From an uncultured Porphyromonas sp. (lineage in GTDB: Bacteria; Bacteroidota; Bacteroidia; Bacteroidales; Porphyromonadaceae): 64,000 bases of DNA. Each line of letters opens with the position of its first letter. Position 1 is the first letter of the stretch. The DNA is taken from the NCBI RefSeq assembly GCF_900541275.1, contig NZ_UQJH01000003.1:47955-111954 (forward strand), in the 5' to 3' direction. Made by a program: the position numbers and the translations under genes. Under the pieces are notes generated by a model, which was given only the letters and a program-made list of their open reading frames with translations, did not search any database and was not told the origin of the DNA. Shown piece after piece: positions 10,018 to 20,951 of this stretch.

Positions 10018-10081
10018 CTCCTGCCCTACTGCAGACCTTGCTATCGGTCCGCCGTAGGTTTTACCCCTGAGATAACCCATT

Positions 10082-11509
10082 GTGAAAGCTAAGAAAAGAG
10101 AGAAAAAGAGAGTGATCGCTCCCGGCATCACCATCGAGAAGATGGCTGCCGAGGGGAAGTGCATCGGACACTTAGAGGACGGGCGTGTGGTCTTTGTGCC
10201 ATACAGCGCTCCGGGAGACGTGGCCGACCTGCTTATCACGAGGAGCAAGCACTCCCACGCGGAGGGGCTGATCGACCGCTTAGTCACCCCATCGGACCGG
10301 CGGCGAGAGCCGGTATGCCCCCACTTCGGTCTCTGCGGTGGCTGCAAGTGGCAGCACGTGCCATACGAGATGCAGCTCGAGGCCAAGCAGCAGCAGGTCT
10401 ATGACCAGCTGACCCGTATCGGCAAGGTGACGATCGGGGAGCAGCGCCCTATACTGGGCTGCGAGAGGGAGTTGGGGTATCGAAATAAGCTCGAGTTTAC
10501 CTTCTCCTCCTCCCGCTGGATCACCGAGGAGGAGCGCGACCTGCTGGATGGTGAGGCAGTCGATGAGCGACGAGGAGTGGGCTTCCACATACCGGGACGC
10601 TTCGACAAGGTCTTGGACATCCGGGAGTGCCACCTGATGGATGACCTGAATAATAGGATCCGAAACTTCATCCGGCACTACGGTCTCACGCATGAGGGGT
10701 ACACCTTCTTCGATCTGAGAGAGCAGGTGGGGCTGATGCGGACGATGATGCTACGGATCTCCTCCACGGGCGAGGTGATGCTGGTCATCGCCTTCGGTGA
10801 GGAGGATGAGGAGCGCCGCACTGCCCTACTGAGCGCGCTGAAGGAGGCCTTCCCCGAGATCACTTCCCTCCTCTATGTGATCAATACAAAGGGCAACGAC
10901 ACCCTCGACGGGCTCGAGGTGAAGTCCTTCTCCGGCAGAGACTATATCGTCGAGGAGATGGAGGGGCTGCACTTCAAGGTGGGACCCAAGTCCTTCTTCC
11001 AGACCAATAGCCGCCAAGCCTATCGCCTCTACTCCGTAGTGCGTGAGCTGGCAAGCCTCACCGGTAAGGAGATGGTCTACGACCTATACACCGGCACCGG
11101 CACCATCGCCTCCTTCGTCTCCCGCCAGGCAGCGCACGTGATCGGCATCGAGTACGTCGAGGAGGCCATCCAGGATGCGAGGCTCAATGCGGACTTCAAT
11201 GGTCTGACGAACCTTGACTTCTACGCCGGTGACATGAAGGACATCCTGACCGATGACTTTGTCTCGTCCCACGGGCGACCCGATGTGATCATCGCCGATC
11301 CGCCCCGAGCCGGTATGCACCCCGATGTACTGCAGACGATCCTGCATGCTCACCCCTACCGCATCATCTACGTGAGCTGTAATCCCGCCAGTCAGGCACG
11401 AGATTTGCAGACTCTTCAGGAGGAGTACGCCGTCGCCGTGACGCAGCCGGTGGATATGTTTCCGCAGACGCACCATGTCGAGAACGTCGTCCTCCTCGTC
11501 CGTAAGTAA
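10082..11509 (+). CDS. rlmD: 23S rRNA (uracil-C5)-methyltransferase RlmD/RumA
   Basis: TRAM domain, an Fe-S Cys cluster (CPHFGLCGGCKWQH) and a SAM-methyltransferase C-terminus (DLYTGTGTI..., IIADPPRAGMH). Confidence 0.9.
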   Translation: MKAKKREKKRVIAPGITIEKMAAEGKCIGHLEDGRVVFVPYSAPGDVADLLITRSKHSHAEGLIDRLVTPSDRRREPVCPHFGLCGGCKWQHVPYEMQLEAKQQQVYDQLTRIGKVTIGEQRPILGCERELGYRNKLEFTFSSSRWITEEERDLLDGEAVDERRGVGFHIPGRFDKVLDIRECHLMDDLNNRIRNFIRHYGLTHEGYTFFDLREQVGLMRTMMLRISSTGEVMLVIAFGEEDEERRTALLSALKEAFPEITSLLYVINTKGNDTLDGLEVKSFSGRDYIVEEMEGLHFKVGPKSFFQTNSRQAYRLYSVVRELASLTGKEMVYDLYTGTGTIASFVSRQAAHVIGIEYVEEAIQDARLNADFNGLTNLDFYAGDMKDILTDDFVSSHGRPDVIIADPPRAGMHPDVLQTILHAHPYRIIYVSCNPASQARDLQTLQEEYAVAVTQPVDMFPQTHHVENVVLLVRK

Positions 11510-11542
11510 CTCACACCATTTTATTTCAATACATCCCGACTT

Positions 11543-11920
11543 TTGACAACTTCGACCACCACACACGAGCGCACGGAAGCGCTAGTCCACAGTATCGTAG
11601 AGGGCCTCAGGGCCAAGAAAGGACACGCCATCACCATCCTCGACCTGCACCGCTTGCATGATCGACCCACCGACTATATGATCATCGCTGAGAGCAACAG
11701 CCCCACAGGCATCAGCACTCTCGAGGAGTCGGTCCGCGAGGTGGTGGAGGAGCAGGCCGGTGAGCGTCCCATCCGCGTCCACAAGGGGAGCGGTGAGTGG
11801 ATCGCCATGGACTATGTCGATGCTATGGTCCATATCTTCACGCCGGAGCTCCGCACCTTCTACCATCTCGAGCAGATGTGGGAGGATGCCGACAGGACCC
11901 AGCTGGAGGACGAAGTCTGA
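11543..11920 (+). CDS. rsfS: Ribosome silencing factor RsfS (Iojap)
   Basis: About 125 aa with the conserved motifs DYMIIAESNSPTG and WIAMDYVDAMVHIFTPELRTFYHLEQMW. Confidence 0.85.
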   Translation: MTTSTTTHERTEALVHSIVEGLRAKKGHAITILDLHRLHDRPTDYMIIAESNSPTGISTLEESVREVVEEQAGERPIRVHKGSGEWIAMDYVDAMVHIFTPELRTFYHLEQMWEDADRTQLEDEV

Positions 11921-11949
11921 GATGTATTATAGAGAATTGATCCACTCGT

Positions 11950-14103
11950 ATGCCAAATAATACCATACCTCAGAGAGGCAATCCGAAGCGAAAGCCAAAT
12001 ATCAATATCGGCTGGATCTTCATGATCATCATGATGGTGATCCTGGGGCTCTACTTCTTCGGAGACAACAGCAACGCCCGCTCTGTCAAGTGGTCTGACT
12101 TCCAGACCTTGATGGAGGATGATGCCTTTGAGTCCATCACCGTCTACTCCTCTAAGGGGAAGGTGGATGCCACCCTCCGCCAGGGCAAGGAGGGTCGTCT
12201 CGTCGACCTCGGCATCATACCGGCCGAGCAAGTCAAGCAGACCCGCCCACGCCTCCTCGGCGCTACCCAGGTCACGTCAGAGATGCCGGGGGCGACAGCC
12301 TTCAATGACATCTATCAGAGGATCAAGAGCTCAGACAAGCCGATCTCCACAGAGATCTCGTACGTCAATCAGAGCATCAGCATCTGGACCATCCTCCTCC
12401 AGACCTTACCCTTCCTCCTCCTGATCGTCTTCTGGATCTGGATGATGAGGGGCTTCTCCGGGATGGGCGGTCGTGGCGGTGTGATGAATGTCGGCAAGTC
12501 CAAGGCTCAGCTCTTTGACCCGGAGACAAAGGTGAAGACCACCTTTGACAACGTTGCCGGCCTCTATGGTGCCAAGCAAGAGGTGATGGAGGTGGTCCAC
12601 TTCCTCAAGGAGCCCAAGCGCTACACCCACCTCGGCGGTAAGATCCCCAAGGGCGTACTCCTCGTAGGGCCTCCCGGCACCGGTAAGACTCTCCTCGCCA
12701 AGGCTGTTGCCGGCGAGGCGGGCGTGCCCTTCTTCTCCCTCAGCGGCTCAGACTTCGTCGAGATGTTTGTCGGCGTGGGAGCTAGTCGCGTGCGAGACCT
12801 CTTCAGCACGGCAAAGGAGAAAAGCCCTTGCATCATCTTCATCGATGAGATCGACGCCATCGGTCGGGCGAGGGGAAAGAATGCCGGCTTCGGTGGCAAC
12901 GACGAGCGAGAGAATACCCTCAATCAGCTGCTGACGGAGATGGACGGCTTCGACACCAATAGCGGAGTCATCGTCATGGCGGCTACCAACCGTGCCGACA
13001 TCCTCGACAAGGCACTCATGCGTGCCGGCCGCTTTGACCGACAGATCTACATCGACCTGCCCGACCTCAATGAGCGAAAGGAGATCTTCCTCGTGCATAT
13101 GAAGGGGCTCAAGCTAGCGCCCGACGTGGATCCGGACAAGATGGCCCGCCAGACGCCGGGATTCTCCGGGGCAGACATTGCCAACGTCTGCAATGAGGCG
13201 GCACTGATCGCCGCTCGCGAGTCGAAAAATGCCGTGGAGGCAGTCGACTTCTCCAACGCCGTCGACCGCGTCGTCGGTGGACTGGAGAAGAAGAGTGCCA
13301 TCATCACCAAGTCGGAGAAGAAGATGATCTGCATCCACGAGGCAGGTCACGCTACCATCAGCTGGCGTCTCCGCTATGCCAATCCGCTCGTCAAGGTAAC
13401 CATCGTACCGAGAGGGCGCGCACTCGGAGCCGCCTGGTATATGCCTGAGGAGCGGCAGATCGTCCCCAAGGAAGCGATCGAGGACGAGATGTGTGCGACC
13501 CTTGGCGGCCGTGCCGCTGAGGAGCTCTTCATAGGGCACATCTCCACAGGGGCCTCCAATGACCTCGAGAAGGTGACCCGCATGGCGCAGGCGATGGTGG
13601 TCAATTATGGCATGAGCGACAAGATCCCGAACGTCAATTATCAGGACAATCAGGGTGAGTACAACTTCACCAAGCCCTACAGCGACGAGACTGCCCGACT
13701 GATCGACCAAGAGATCCGGAGCATCATCGCTGAGCAGTATGAGCGAGCCAAGAAGATCCTGCAGGAGAATGAGGAGGGTCATCACGAGATGGCAGACCTG
13801 CTCTTCCAGCGCGAGGTGATCTACACCGAGGATGTGGAAAAGATCCTCGGCAAGCGCCCATGGGACTCCCGGGCTGAGGAGCTACTCAGGGATGCGGAGG
13901 AGCAGGGAGGCGAGGTCAAGGAGGAGACCCCTCACGAGACCGAGACACCCGACCACCCCTCTGACGAGCCTAAGGGCACGTCCTCGGAGGGCAGATCCAC
14001 TCCCCCACCCCCACCCTTTTCCTCTAAGGCTGAGGAGGAGGACTCCTGCAGCGAGCAGGTCCACGACTCCGGCATCCTCGGAGCGGACTCCTGCGGAGAC
14101 TGA
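11950..14103 (+). CDS. ftsH: ATP-dependent zinc metalloprotease FtsH
   Basis: TM segments, AAA Walker A (GPPGTGKT) and the SRH, the HEAGHA zinc motif, and a ~100-aa acidic/Pro-rich C-terminal tail. Confidence 0.95.
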   Translation: MPNNTIPQRGNPKRKPNINIGWIFMIIMMVILGLYFFGDNSNARSVKWSDFQTLMEDDAFESITVYSSKGKVDATLRQGKEGRLVDLGIIPAEQVKQTRPRLLGATQVTSEMPGATAFNDIYQRIKSSDKPISTEISYVNQSISIWTILLQTLPFLLLIVFWIWMMRGFSGMGGRGGVMNVGKSKAQLFDPETKVKTTFDNVAGLYGAKQEVMEVVHFLKEPKRYTHLGGKIPKGVLLVGPPGTGKTLLAKAVAGEAGVPFFSLSGSDFVEMFVGVGASRVRDLFSTAKEKSPCIIFIDEIDAIGRARGKNAGFGGNDERENTLNQLLTEMDGFDTNSGVIVMAATNRADILDKALMRAGRFDRQIYIDLPDLNERKEIFLVHMKGLKLAPDVDPDKMARQTPGFSGADIANVCNEAALIAARESKNAVEAVDFSNAVDRVVGGLEKKSAIITKSEKKMICIHEAGHATISWRLRYANPLVKVTIVPRGRALGAAWYMPEERQIVPKEAIEDEMCATLGGRAAEELFIGHISTGASNDLEKVTRMAQAMVVNYGMSDKIPNVNYQDNQGEYNFTKPYSDETARLIDQEIRSIIAEQYERAKKILQENEEGHHEMADLLFQREVIYTEDVEKILGKRPWDSRAEELLRDAEEQGGEVKEETPHETETPDHPSDEPKGTSSEGRSTPPPPPFSSKAEEEDSCSEQVHDSGILGADSCGD

Positions 14104-14137
14104 TCAGTGGCACCGCTCTAAGCAAGCATTAGCGTAA

Positions 14138-14191
14138 GAGATCGAGGCTCTCTTGTCCGGAAGGGACGAGGGAGCCTCGATCTCTTTTTTT
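14138..14191 (+). terminator. Rho-independent terminator after ftsH
   Basis: A GAGATCGAGGCTC ... GAGCCTCGATCTC stem followed by TTTTTTT. Confidence 0.8.
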
Positions 14192-14431
14192 ACCCTCACG
14201 TCACCGGATCAGGTGGACTAATAAAGACGCGCACACACCCTTTCGGCACCGCGACCATCCATAGTGAGAGACCAAACCGCCCCCGATGATCGCCATCACT
14301 CAGTGAGGGCACCAAAGCCTCCTAATAGGTCTACATATCCCACGAAACTCCTCCACTTTCGCACACCTCTTGAGAACCCAAGGAGCGTCCTCGCAATAGG
14401 CTGACAATCAGACTCAGGATATGTGGTACTT

Positions 14432-14491
14432 CTAATACCGATATTAGTGAACTCTAATACCGATATTAGAGGATTCTTTTACCGGTATTAG
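14432..14491. repeat. Phased palindrome array B: CTAATACCGATATTAG x2 + CTTTTACCGGTATTAG, centres 22 bp apart
   Basis: Read directly from the sequence. Unit centres fall at 14439.5, 14461.5 and 14483.5. Confidence 0.85.
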
Positions 14492-14565
14492 GCGTGCTTT
14501 TGTTTGGGAAGGTGGGGGAAAAAGTGGAACTTTGTATCTATCCTATATGACTATGACACCAAGTC

Positions 14566-16263
14566 GTGTTACCTCAGATGAATAAAATATTATCCCTACT
14601 TACTGCAGGCTTGCTCTCCGGGCTTTGCCTCTCAGCTGTCGCCCAGAGCGACAAGACCCCTACAGATCCTCAGCTCGCCACCTCCAGAGCGATCGACATA
14701 TTTAGGAGCGTTCTCAGTAATGTCTCGACACTCTATGTGGACACCTTCGATATGGAGAAGGTGACCGCTCAGGGACTGAATATGACGCTCTCGCAGCTGG
14801 ACCCCTACACCAACTTTTTCCCCGAGTCAGACCGGGCGGACTTCGCCTTCATGACCACAGGGGAGTATGGCGGTATCGGTGCCTACATCCTGCAGGTGGA
14901 CTCGGTGGTCTACGTGCGGGAGCCTATGCCGGGCTCTCCGGCAGCCAAGGCAGGTCTCCGGAGCGGAGACGCCTTCCTCGAGATCGATGGGAAGAGCGTG
15001 GTGCCCGGCACCGCCTCTATGATCAGTGATAAGCTGAAGGGTCCGGTAGGGACCGATGTGAAGGTGAGCATCCTACCTGTCGGTGCGACGAAGCCAGTAG
15101 AGAAGACTCTCTCTCGCGCCAATGTGGTGGTGGACCAGGTGGTCTACAGTGCCATCTATGGCGATCGCATCGGATATATCCGGCTCAGCTCCTTTACCGA
15201 CAAGAGTGCGGCTGACGTGCGGCGCGCCTACGAGCGACTGAGCAGCTCGGGCAAGCTCAAGGGGCTGGTACTGGATCTCAGGGGAAATACCGGTGGCGTG
15301 CTGGACGGAGCGATAGATATCGTGGGGATGTTTGTCCCCAAGGGGACTAAGGTCATGGAGACTAAGGGGAGGCTACCGCAGTCCGGTCAGGAGTACCGCA
15401 CGACCACAGACCCGGTAAGCCTTGACCTCCCCCTGACGGTGCTGATCAACGGCTCCTCTGCCTCTTCGAGTGAGATCGTCGCTGGGTCATTACAGGACCT
15501 GGACAGAGCGGTCCTGATAGGGAGTAAGAGCTTCGGGAAGGGTCTCGTGCAGTCGACACGCCCCACCCCATACAATGGCATCCTCAAGGTGACAGTAGCG
15601 CGATACTACATCCCGAGTGGGAGGTGCATCCAGCAGCTGGACTACAGCCACCGAAATCCCGACGGCTCGGTGGCTGCCGTACCGGATAGCCTCACCAAGA
15701 CCTTCCGCACCGCTGCCGGTCGGATCGTGCGGGACGGGGGAGGCATCCGCCCGGATATCAAGATCGAGGACGAGATACTGACTGAGCCGATCCTCTCTAT
15801 GTCACGTAAGGGGGCGCTCTTCAGGTATGCCGGACACTTAGTCTCCGGCCGTCCGACGCCCTCGAGCTACCGCGACATCGTGATCAGCGATGCTGAGTAT
15901 GAGGCACTGATAGACACCCTCGAGGCGGGGAACTTCCGGTATGGTGAGATGAGTGCCAAGGCCCTTGATCAGCTGAGAGAGCTGGCCGACTACGAGGGCT
16001 ATGCCGAGGGGAGTAAGACAGAGTTTGACGCCTTGCGGGCTAAGCTCACCCCCTCGCTCCGCAGAGACATTGCCCCACACAAGCAGCTGGTACTGGACCT
16101 ACTGAGGGGGGAGATGGCGATGCATTTCTTTGGATCCCAAGGGTACTATGCGGTGATGATGGAGACGGATCCATCACTGAAGGAAGCAGTGCGAGTCCTC
16201 GGGGATCGCAAGAGCTATCGAGACCTACTGACCCCTAAGGACCGGAGCGATGGCAAGAAGTAA
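14566..16263 (+). CDS. S41 family C-terminal processing peptidase (tail-specific protease)
   Basis: Signal peptide, a PDZ region and the S41 catalytic block (NGSSASSSEIVAGSLQDLDRAVLIGSKSFGKGLVQ). Confidence 0.85.
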   Translation: MLPQMNKILSLLTAGLLSGLCLSAVAQSDKTPTDPQLATSRAIDIFRSVLSNVSTLYVDTFDMEKVTAQGLNMTLSQLDPYTNFFPESDRADFAFMTTGEYGGIGAYILQVDSVVYVREPMPGSPAAKAGLRSGDAFLEIDGKSVVPGTASMISDKLKGPVGTDVKVSILPVGATKPVEKTLSRANVVVDQVVYSAIYGDRIGYIRLSSFTDKSAADVRRAYERLSSSGKLKGLVLDLRGNTGGVLDGAIDIVGMFVPKGTKVMETKGRLPQSGQEYRTTTDPVSLDLPLTVLINGSSASSSEIVAGSLQDLDRAVLIGSKSFGKGLVQSTRPTPYNGILKVTVARYYIPSGRCIQQLDYSHRNPDGSVAAVPDSLTKTFRTAAGRIVRDGGGIRPDIKIEDEILTEPILSMSRKGALFRYAGHLVSGRPTPSSYRDIVISDAEYEALIDTLEAGNFRYGEMSAKALDQLRELADYEGYAEGSKTEFDALRAKLTPSLRRDIAPHKQLVLDLLRGEMAMHFFGSQGYYAVMMETDPSLKEAVRVLGDRKSYRDLLTPKDRSDGKK

Positions 16264-16600
16264 GGGCGAGGGCGGTCTGGTCTACTCGACCGGCAAGGAT
16301 ACCATGGCCTCACTCCTCGAGGGGATCACCCTCGGCAATGAGGAGGAGACGCTCGGCCCCGGTGAGCAGCGGCTCCACGTCCATATGGAGCGGAAGGGAC
16401 GCAAGGGGAAGACGGTGACACTGATCACCGGGTTTGTCGGGCGATCATCCGACCTGGAGGAGCTGAGCAAGGAGCTAAAGGCAAAGTGTGGCATCGGGGG
16501 GAGTGTCAAGGAGGGAGAGGTGATCCTCCAGGGAGAGGTGGTCGAGAGAGTATCCTCTCTCCTGAGAGAGATGGGATATAAGCAGACGACAGGTAAGTAA
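16250..16600 (+). CDS. Translation initiation factor SUI1/YciH family
   Basis: About 116 aa with the SUI1 fold signature (VTLITGFVGRSSDLEELSKELKAKCGIGGSVKEGEVILQGE). Confidence 0.8.
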   Translation: MARSKGEGGLVYSTGKDTMASLLEGITLGNEEETLGPGEQRLHVHMERKGRKGKTVTLITGFVGRSSDLEELSKELKAKCGIGGSVKEGEVILQGEVVERVSSLLREMGYKQTTGK

Positions 16601-19600
16601 TGATTAGGAAGACACTCACAGTCTACTCTGCCTCGGCAGGAAGTGGCAAGACGTACAGCTTGGTCAAGGAATTTCTGCTGCTCCTTTTTCTTAATCACTA
16701 CGCTCCACACTCAGAGCTCTCGGGGAGCCGTGAAGTAACCGAAGCGACGGGTGATCCGTACTTCGGTTTCCAGGGTGTCTTGGGTGTCACCTTTACGAAG
16801 AAAGCGACCCTGGAGCTCAAGCAGAGGATCCTCCGAGAGCTGATCCGCCTGAGCGAGGTGAAGCCGGGCACGGCGATCACCGGCATCTCTAAGGATGTCA
16901 TCAAGGAGCTGAGCGGACTGGTCGGCAAGACAGTGAAGGAGCTGAGTGATGACCTGCCTCGCCTCAGCAAGCACGCTGTAAAGCAGATCCTCGAGGACTA
17001 CAGCCACTTCAATGTCCGGACCATCGACTCCTTCTTCCAAGAGGTATTGCGGGGTCTGCGCCGCGAGATCACCGGTCAGAGTTTCTCCGGGTCGTACCAG
17101 ATCGAGCTGAACGTTGAGGAGGCGATCAACCTTGCCATTGATAACCTAAAGCTCGAGATGGATGCTAATACCTACAGCAACATCTCAAGCGTGGTCAGGA
17201 GACTCCAGACCGACTCTATCGGCGCGGACGAACGGGTCGACCCCTTTAAGGAAATCGCTGACATCGCTAAGCACCTCATCAATGGCAATGAGTGGGAGGA
17301 GATCAAGTCCGACCTCCTAAGCGAGAAAGCGCAACAGTGCGTAAGTCAAAACCAGCAATACCTCAAGGGAGTAGTCGACGAGTACGAGAGCAAGCTGAGA
17401 CCGATAACTACCATAGCGAGGAAAATAAGTGAGTACAATCCCTACCGATGGGGGAGCAAGATCAAGACTATCTCGACGATAGACAATATTGCTGATGCCA
17501 TACTGCTGGAGGGACTCACTAAGGAAGAGATCTCGAAGTGGAAGCTTACGGATAATGACAAAGAGTATGAGGGGGTCATCTACCCTCTGAGGGACCAGGT
17601 AGCAAATCTGCTCCCTGCGAGCGGTGCCAAGGAGTATGTGAACGCCCGACTGCTACTGGACTACTTGGACTATATACCCATACTGGCAGAGATTGCCAAG
17701 TCGATCGAGGAGTATGAGCATCAGAATCACCTGCTCCTTATCCCCAGGGTAAATCAGCTCCTTGATCAGATCATAGACGGAGACGACACCCCCTTTGTCT
17801 ACGACCGTGTGGGCGTACGACTGCACCACTACGTGATCGACGAGTTTCAGGACACGGCCAAGCTGCAGTGGTCCAACTTCCACCCGCTCATCAAAGAAGC
17901 TCGAAGCAGTGGACACGAGAACTTCGTCGTCGGTGATGCCAAGCAGAGCATCTATGCCTTCCGCGGAACAGACAGTAGCAACTTCATCAAACTGGTGGAT
18001 GGGATCAAAAAAGGATCTGGCAAAACCGATCGGGTTATCAATCTGCCTACCAACTGGCGGAGCGACGAGAGGATCATCACCTTTAATAACGAATTCTTTG
18101 CAGACATCTATAATTATAAAGGCTACTACACAGAGGACTACGATACCGAACTGACCAGGCTCCACAAGATGGTATACGAGAGGGACAATGTGAAGCAAGA
18201 AGTCCCCGATCAGAAGAGAGGCACCGGCTCCGGGTACATCGAGATCTCCGTCCTACCGGATAATAAGAATAATGAGAGCATACCCGATGTAAAGACTTAC
18301 CTCCACGACCACCTTGTGGATCTCTTCGACCGCGGATATAAGCCGGGGGACATCGCGATCCTCTCACGAAAAAACAATCAGTGCGAAAAAGTCGCCACGT
18401 GGCTTACCGAGTGGACTGCTAAGGAGGAAGATCGGGCAGGTCAGTATGCCTTTGTAAGCAAGAGCGCTCTCAGCCTGACGAGCTCTATCGTAGTCCGTCT
18501 CCTCAGGACTCTGATCAGGGCACTCTCAGTCGCCTCTCCTCAGAGCGAGAAGCTACTGAGACTGATGATCCAGTCCTATGTACAGAGTAGTAACCCTGAG
18601 AGCGATACGAATAGTGCAGAGCAGCTCTACGATAGGCTTATGAAGCTCTCCACAGCCGGTCTGTCGGTCTATGAGTTCCTCCTCAGAGCCATTGATCTCC
18701 TCGGAGAGCTACCTGTCGAGGAAAAGCTCTACGTCAATTCCTTCATCGACTTGGCATACACCTACAGCAGGCGGAGTCCGGATCTGTCGATCCGGCAGTT
18801 TGACGACTGGCTGGAGCAATACATTGACAAGGCTAAGGTCGATATGGGCAGCGGCGAGCTGGATCGCATCAATGTCCTGACGATACACCAGTCAAAGGGA
18901 CTCGAGTTCCCCGTCGTCATACTCCCATTTGCCGACTGGGACATCTACTCACCCAATAAAGGAAAGAGGGATCTCCGCCTGATCCGGATCCCTGATAAAG
19001 ACTATCCTGATCTATCCTCAGATGATGTAAAGCCGGGCATCTACCTGATCAATATGGAGGATGGCAAACGAGGACTGGCGAGCAGTCTATCGCCTATCTA
19101 TGAGGCAGAGAGAGAGGCACTCTATATGGAGCAACTTAATCTCCTGTATGTCGCCTTCACGAGGGCAAAGAGCGAACTCTATGTCTTCACTAAGCCAAAG
19201 TCTAAAACAGGCACGACAACCAGGATAAATAATATCATCCTGGATCGCATGGAAAAATTAGAAGAAGGCCTCAAGGGTGATCTTATCAAAAAGGAGGAGC
19301 AGGGCATATCGGTGTGGCGAAGCAACGTAGAGGAGAAGCCAAAGCGACAGGAGAAGAGGTCGAACTCGACGAGCTGTGGTCAGGTAACCCTCGACAGTCT
19401 CGTCAGCATCGTCGACCTGAAAGACCTCCAGGTACGGGATAAGTATGCGGATGAGAAGACTGACTTCGGCATACTGATGCACAGTCTCCTCTCATCAGTG
19501 TATACTGCTGATGACTTTGCCCCCCTGCTCCAGAATCTTCTCAACACCGGCAGGATCAGCGAGGAGGAGCACGACAATCTCCTCGCCAACTTCACCACAG

Positions 19601-19914
19601 CAATGATGGATTCCACCTACGCCCGATGGTTTCCACCCTACGGGGAGGTCATCATCCGCACGGAGTCGACCCTCTATGACCAAGGCTACGGCAGGGAGCA
19701 TCGACCGGATCGTGTAGTGCTCAGGAGAGATGGTGACGGGCAGCTCCACGGTGTGGTCATAGACTACAAGCTGGGCGACCCGAGCCCTATACCTGAGGCC
19801 TATCGCCGACAGGTCCAGCACTACGTCGACCAGCTCCATAGCAGTGGCGTGGACGAGGTGACGGGATATTTGTGGTACCTTCGCAGTCCTGATGGAATAA
19901 TCAAGGTGTGCTGA
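16600..19914 (+). CDS. UvrD/AddA-like SF1 helicase fused to C-terminal RecB-type PD-(D/E)XK nuclease
   Basis: Helicase motifs I (SASAGSGKTY), Ia (GVTFTKKAT), II (VIDEFQDT), III (GDAKQSIYAFRG), V/VI (TIHQSKGLEFPVV, YVAFTRAK) and a C-terminal nuclease motif (VVIDYKLGD). The start overlaps the SUI1 stop and the end overlaps the rlmN start. Confidence 0.8.
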   Translation: MIRKTLTVYSASAGSGKTYSLVKEFLLLLFLNHYAPHSELSGSREVTEATGDPYFGFQGVLGVTFTKKATLELKQRILRELIRLSEVKPGTAITGISKDVIKELSGLVGKTVKELSDDLPRLSKHAVKQILEDYSHFNVRTIDSFFQEVLRGLRREITGQSFSGSYQIELNVEEAINLAIDNLKLEMDANTYSNISSVVRRLQTDSIGADERVDPFKEIADIAKHLINGNEWEEIKSDLLSEKAQQCVSQNQQYLKGVVDEYESKLRPITTIARKISEYNPYRWGSKIKTISTIDNIADAILLEGLTKEEISKWKLTDNDKEYEGVIYPLRDQVANLLPASGAKEYVNARLLLDYLDYIPILAEIAKSIEEYEHQNHLLLIPRVNQLLDQIIDGDDTPFVYDRVGVRLHHYVIDEFQDTAKLQWSNFHPLIKEARSSGHENFVVGDAKQSIYAFRGTDSSNFIKLVDGIKKGSGKTDRVINLPTNWRSDERIITFNNEFFADIYNYKGYYTEDYDTELTRLHKMVYERDNVKQEVPDQKRGTGSGYIEISVLPDNKNNESIPDVKTYLHDHLVDLFDRGYKPGDIAILSRKNNQCEKVATWLTEWTAKEEDRAGQYAFVSKSALSLTSSIVVRLLRTLIRALSVASPQSEKLLRLMIQSYVQSSNPESDTNSAEQLYDRLMKLSTAGLSVYEFLLRAIDLLGELPVEEKLYVNSFIDLAYTYSRRSPDLSIRQFDDWLEQYIDKAKVDMGSGELDRINVLTIHQSKGLEFPVVILPFADWDIYSPNKGKRDLRLIRIPDKDYPDLSSDDVKPGIYLINMEDGKRGLASSLSPIYEAEREALYMEQLNLLYVAFTRAKSELYVFTKPKSKTGTTTRINNIILDRMEKLEEGLKGDLIKKEEQGISVWRSNVEEKPKRQEKRSNSTSCGQVTLDSLVSIVDLKDLQVRDKYADEKTDFGILMHSLLSSVYTADDFAPLLQNLLNTGRISEEEHDNLLANFTTAMMDSTYARWFPPYGEVIIRTESTLYDQGYGREHRPDRVVLRRDGDGQLHGVVIDYKLGDPSPIPEAYRRQVQHYVDQLHSSGVDEVTGYLWYLRSPDGIIKVC

Positions 19915-20945
19915 TGAGTAAAAGAACATTACTGGGACTGACTTTAGACGAGCTTACCGCCCTTGTGCAGGAGGTCGGGGAGCCAAAGTATAGGGCAAAG
20001 CAGCTCGCCGAGTGGCTCTACGTCAAGAGAGCCACCACCCTCGACGAGATGACCAATCTCCCAAAGGCTCTCCGCACGAAGCTGGAGGCCTGCTGCACCA
20101 TCGGTCGCAGCCCGGTCGCTCTCACGCAGGTGTCCCGGGATGGGACGGAGAAGTACCTCTTCCGCAAGCAGGATCGTCCGGAGCAGACCTTCGAGACCGT
20201 CTATATCCCTGAGGAGGACGGTCGTGCGACACTCTGTATCTCCTCACAGGTGGGCTGTCGGATGGGATGTCGCTTCTGCGCCACGGGGCAGATGGGATTT
20301 CACGGGCATCTCACTGCAGCAGATGTGATCAATCAAGTACTCAGCGCTCCTCACTTCGACTCCCTCACCAACGTCGTCTTCATGGGCATGGGCGAGCCAC
20401 TGGACAACTACAAGGTGGTCGCCTCCGTGCTGGAGATCATGACCGCAGAGTACGGACTTGCCTGGAGCCCTAAGAGGATCACCGTCAGCACGGTGGGTCC
20501 TCGAGTAGGGCTGACGCGCTTCCTCGAGGAGGAGAGAGCCAATCTTGCTGTTAGTCTGCACAGCCCCTTCCCCGAGGAGCGAGCTGAGATCATGCCGGTG
20601 GAGGGGCTCTTTCCCATAGAGGAGGTAATCGAGACCTTGGGCAAGTACGACTTCTCCGGTCAGCGGAGACTCTCCTTTGAGTACATCGTCTTCGGTGAGC
20701 TCAATGACGACCTCCGCCACGCCAAGGCACTGGTGGAGCTGATCCGTCCACTCAGGTCTCGGGTCAATCTTATCCCCTACCACCCGATCGAGGGACTACC
20801 CTATCACTCGTCCAGAAGGGAGGTCATCGAGCAATTTGCCGACTATCTCAATGATCACGGTGTCATCGCTACGATACGTCGCTCGCGCGGTCAGGACATC
20901 GACGCCGCGTGCGGCATGCTCTCCACACTTAAGCCACTCTCGTAG
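19908..20945 (+). CDS. rlmN: 23S rRNA/tRNA (adenine-C2)-methyltransferase RlmN (radical SAM)
   Basis: KYRAKQLAEWLY N-terminus and the CRMGCRFCATGQMG radical-SAM cluster. Confidence 0.9.
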   Translation: MLMSKRTLLGLTLDELTALVQEVGEPKYRAKQLAEWLYVKRATTLDEMTNLPKALRTKLEACCTIGRSPVALTQVSRDGTEKYLFRKQDRPEQTFETVYIPEEDGRATLCISSQVGCRMGCRFCATGQMGFHGHLTAADVINQVLSAPHFDSLTNVVFMGMGEPLDNYKVVASVLEIMTAEYGLAWSPKRITVSTVGPRVGLTRFLEEERANLAVSLHSPFPEERAEIMPVEGLFPIEEVIETLGKYDFSGQRRLSFEYIVFGELNDDLRHAKALVELIRPLRSRVNLIPYHPIEGLPYHSSRREVIEQFADYLNDHGVIATIRRSRGQDIDAACGMLSTLKPLS

Positions 20946-20951
20946 TCACCG

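Noticed and set aside
13900-14103. Acidic and Pro-rich C-terminal ~100 aa of FtsH as a separate domain or fused gene.
   Set aside because: It is in frame and contiguous with ftsH. Low-complexity C-terminal tails are common in FtsH orthologues, and nothing indicates a gene fusion or frameshift.
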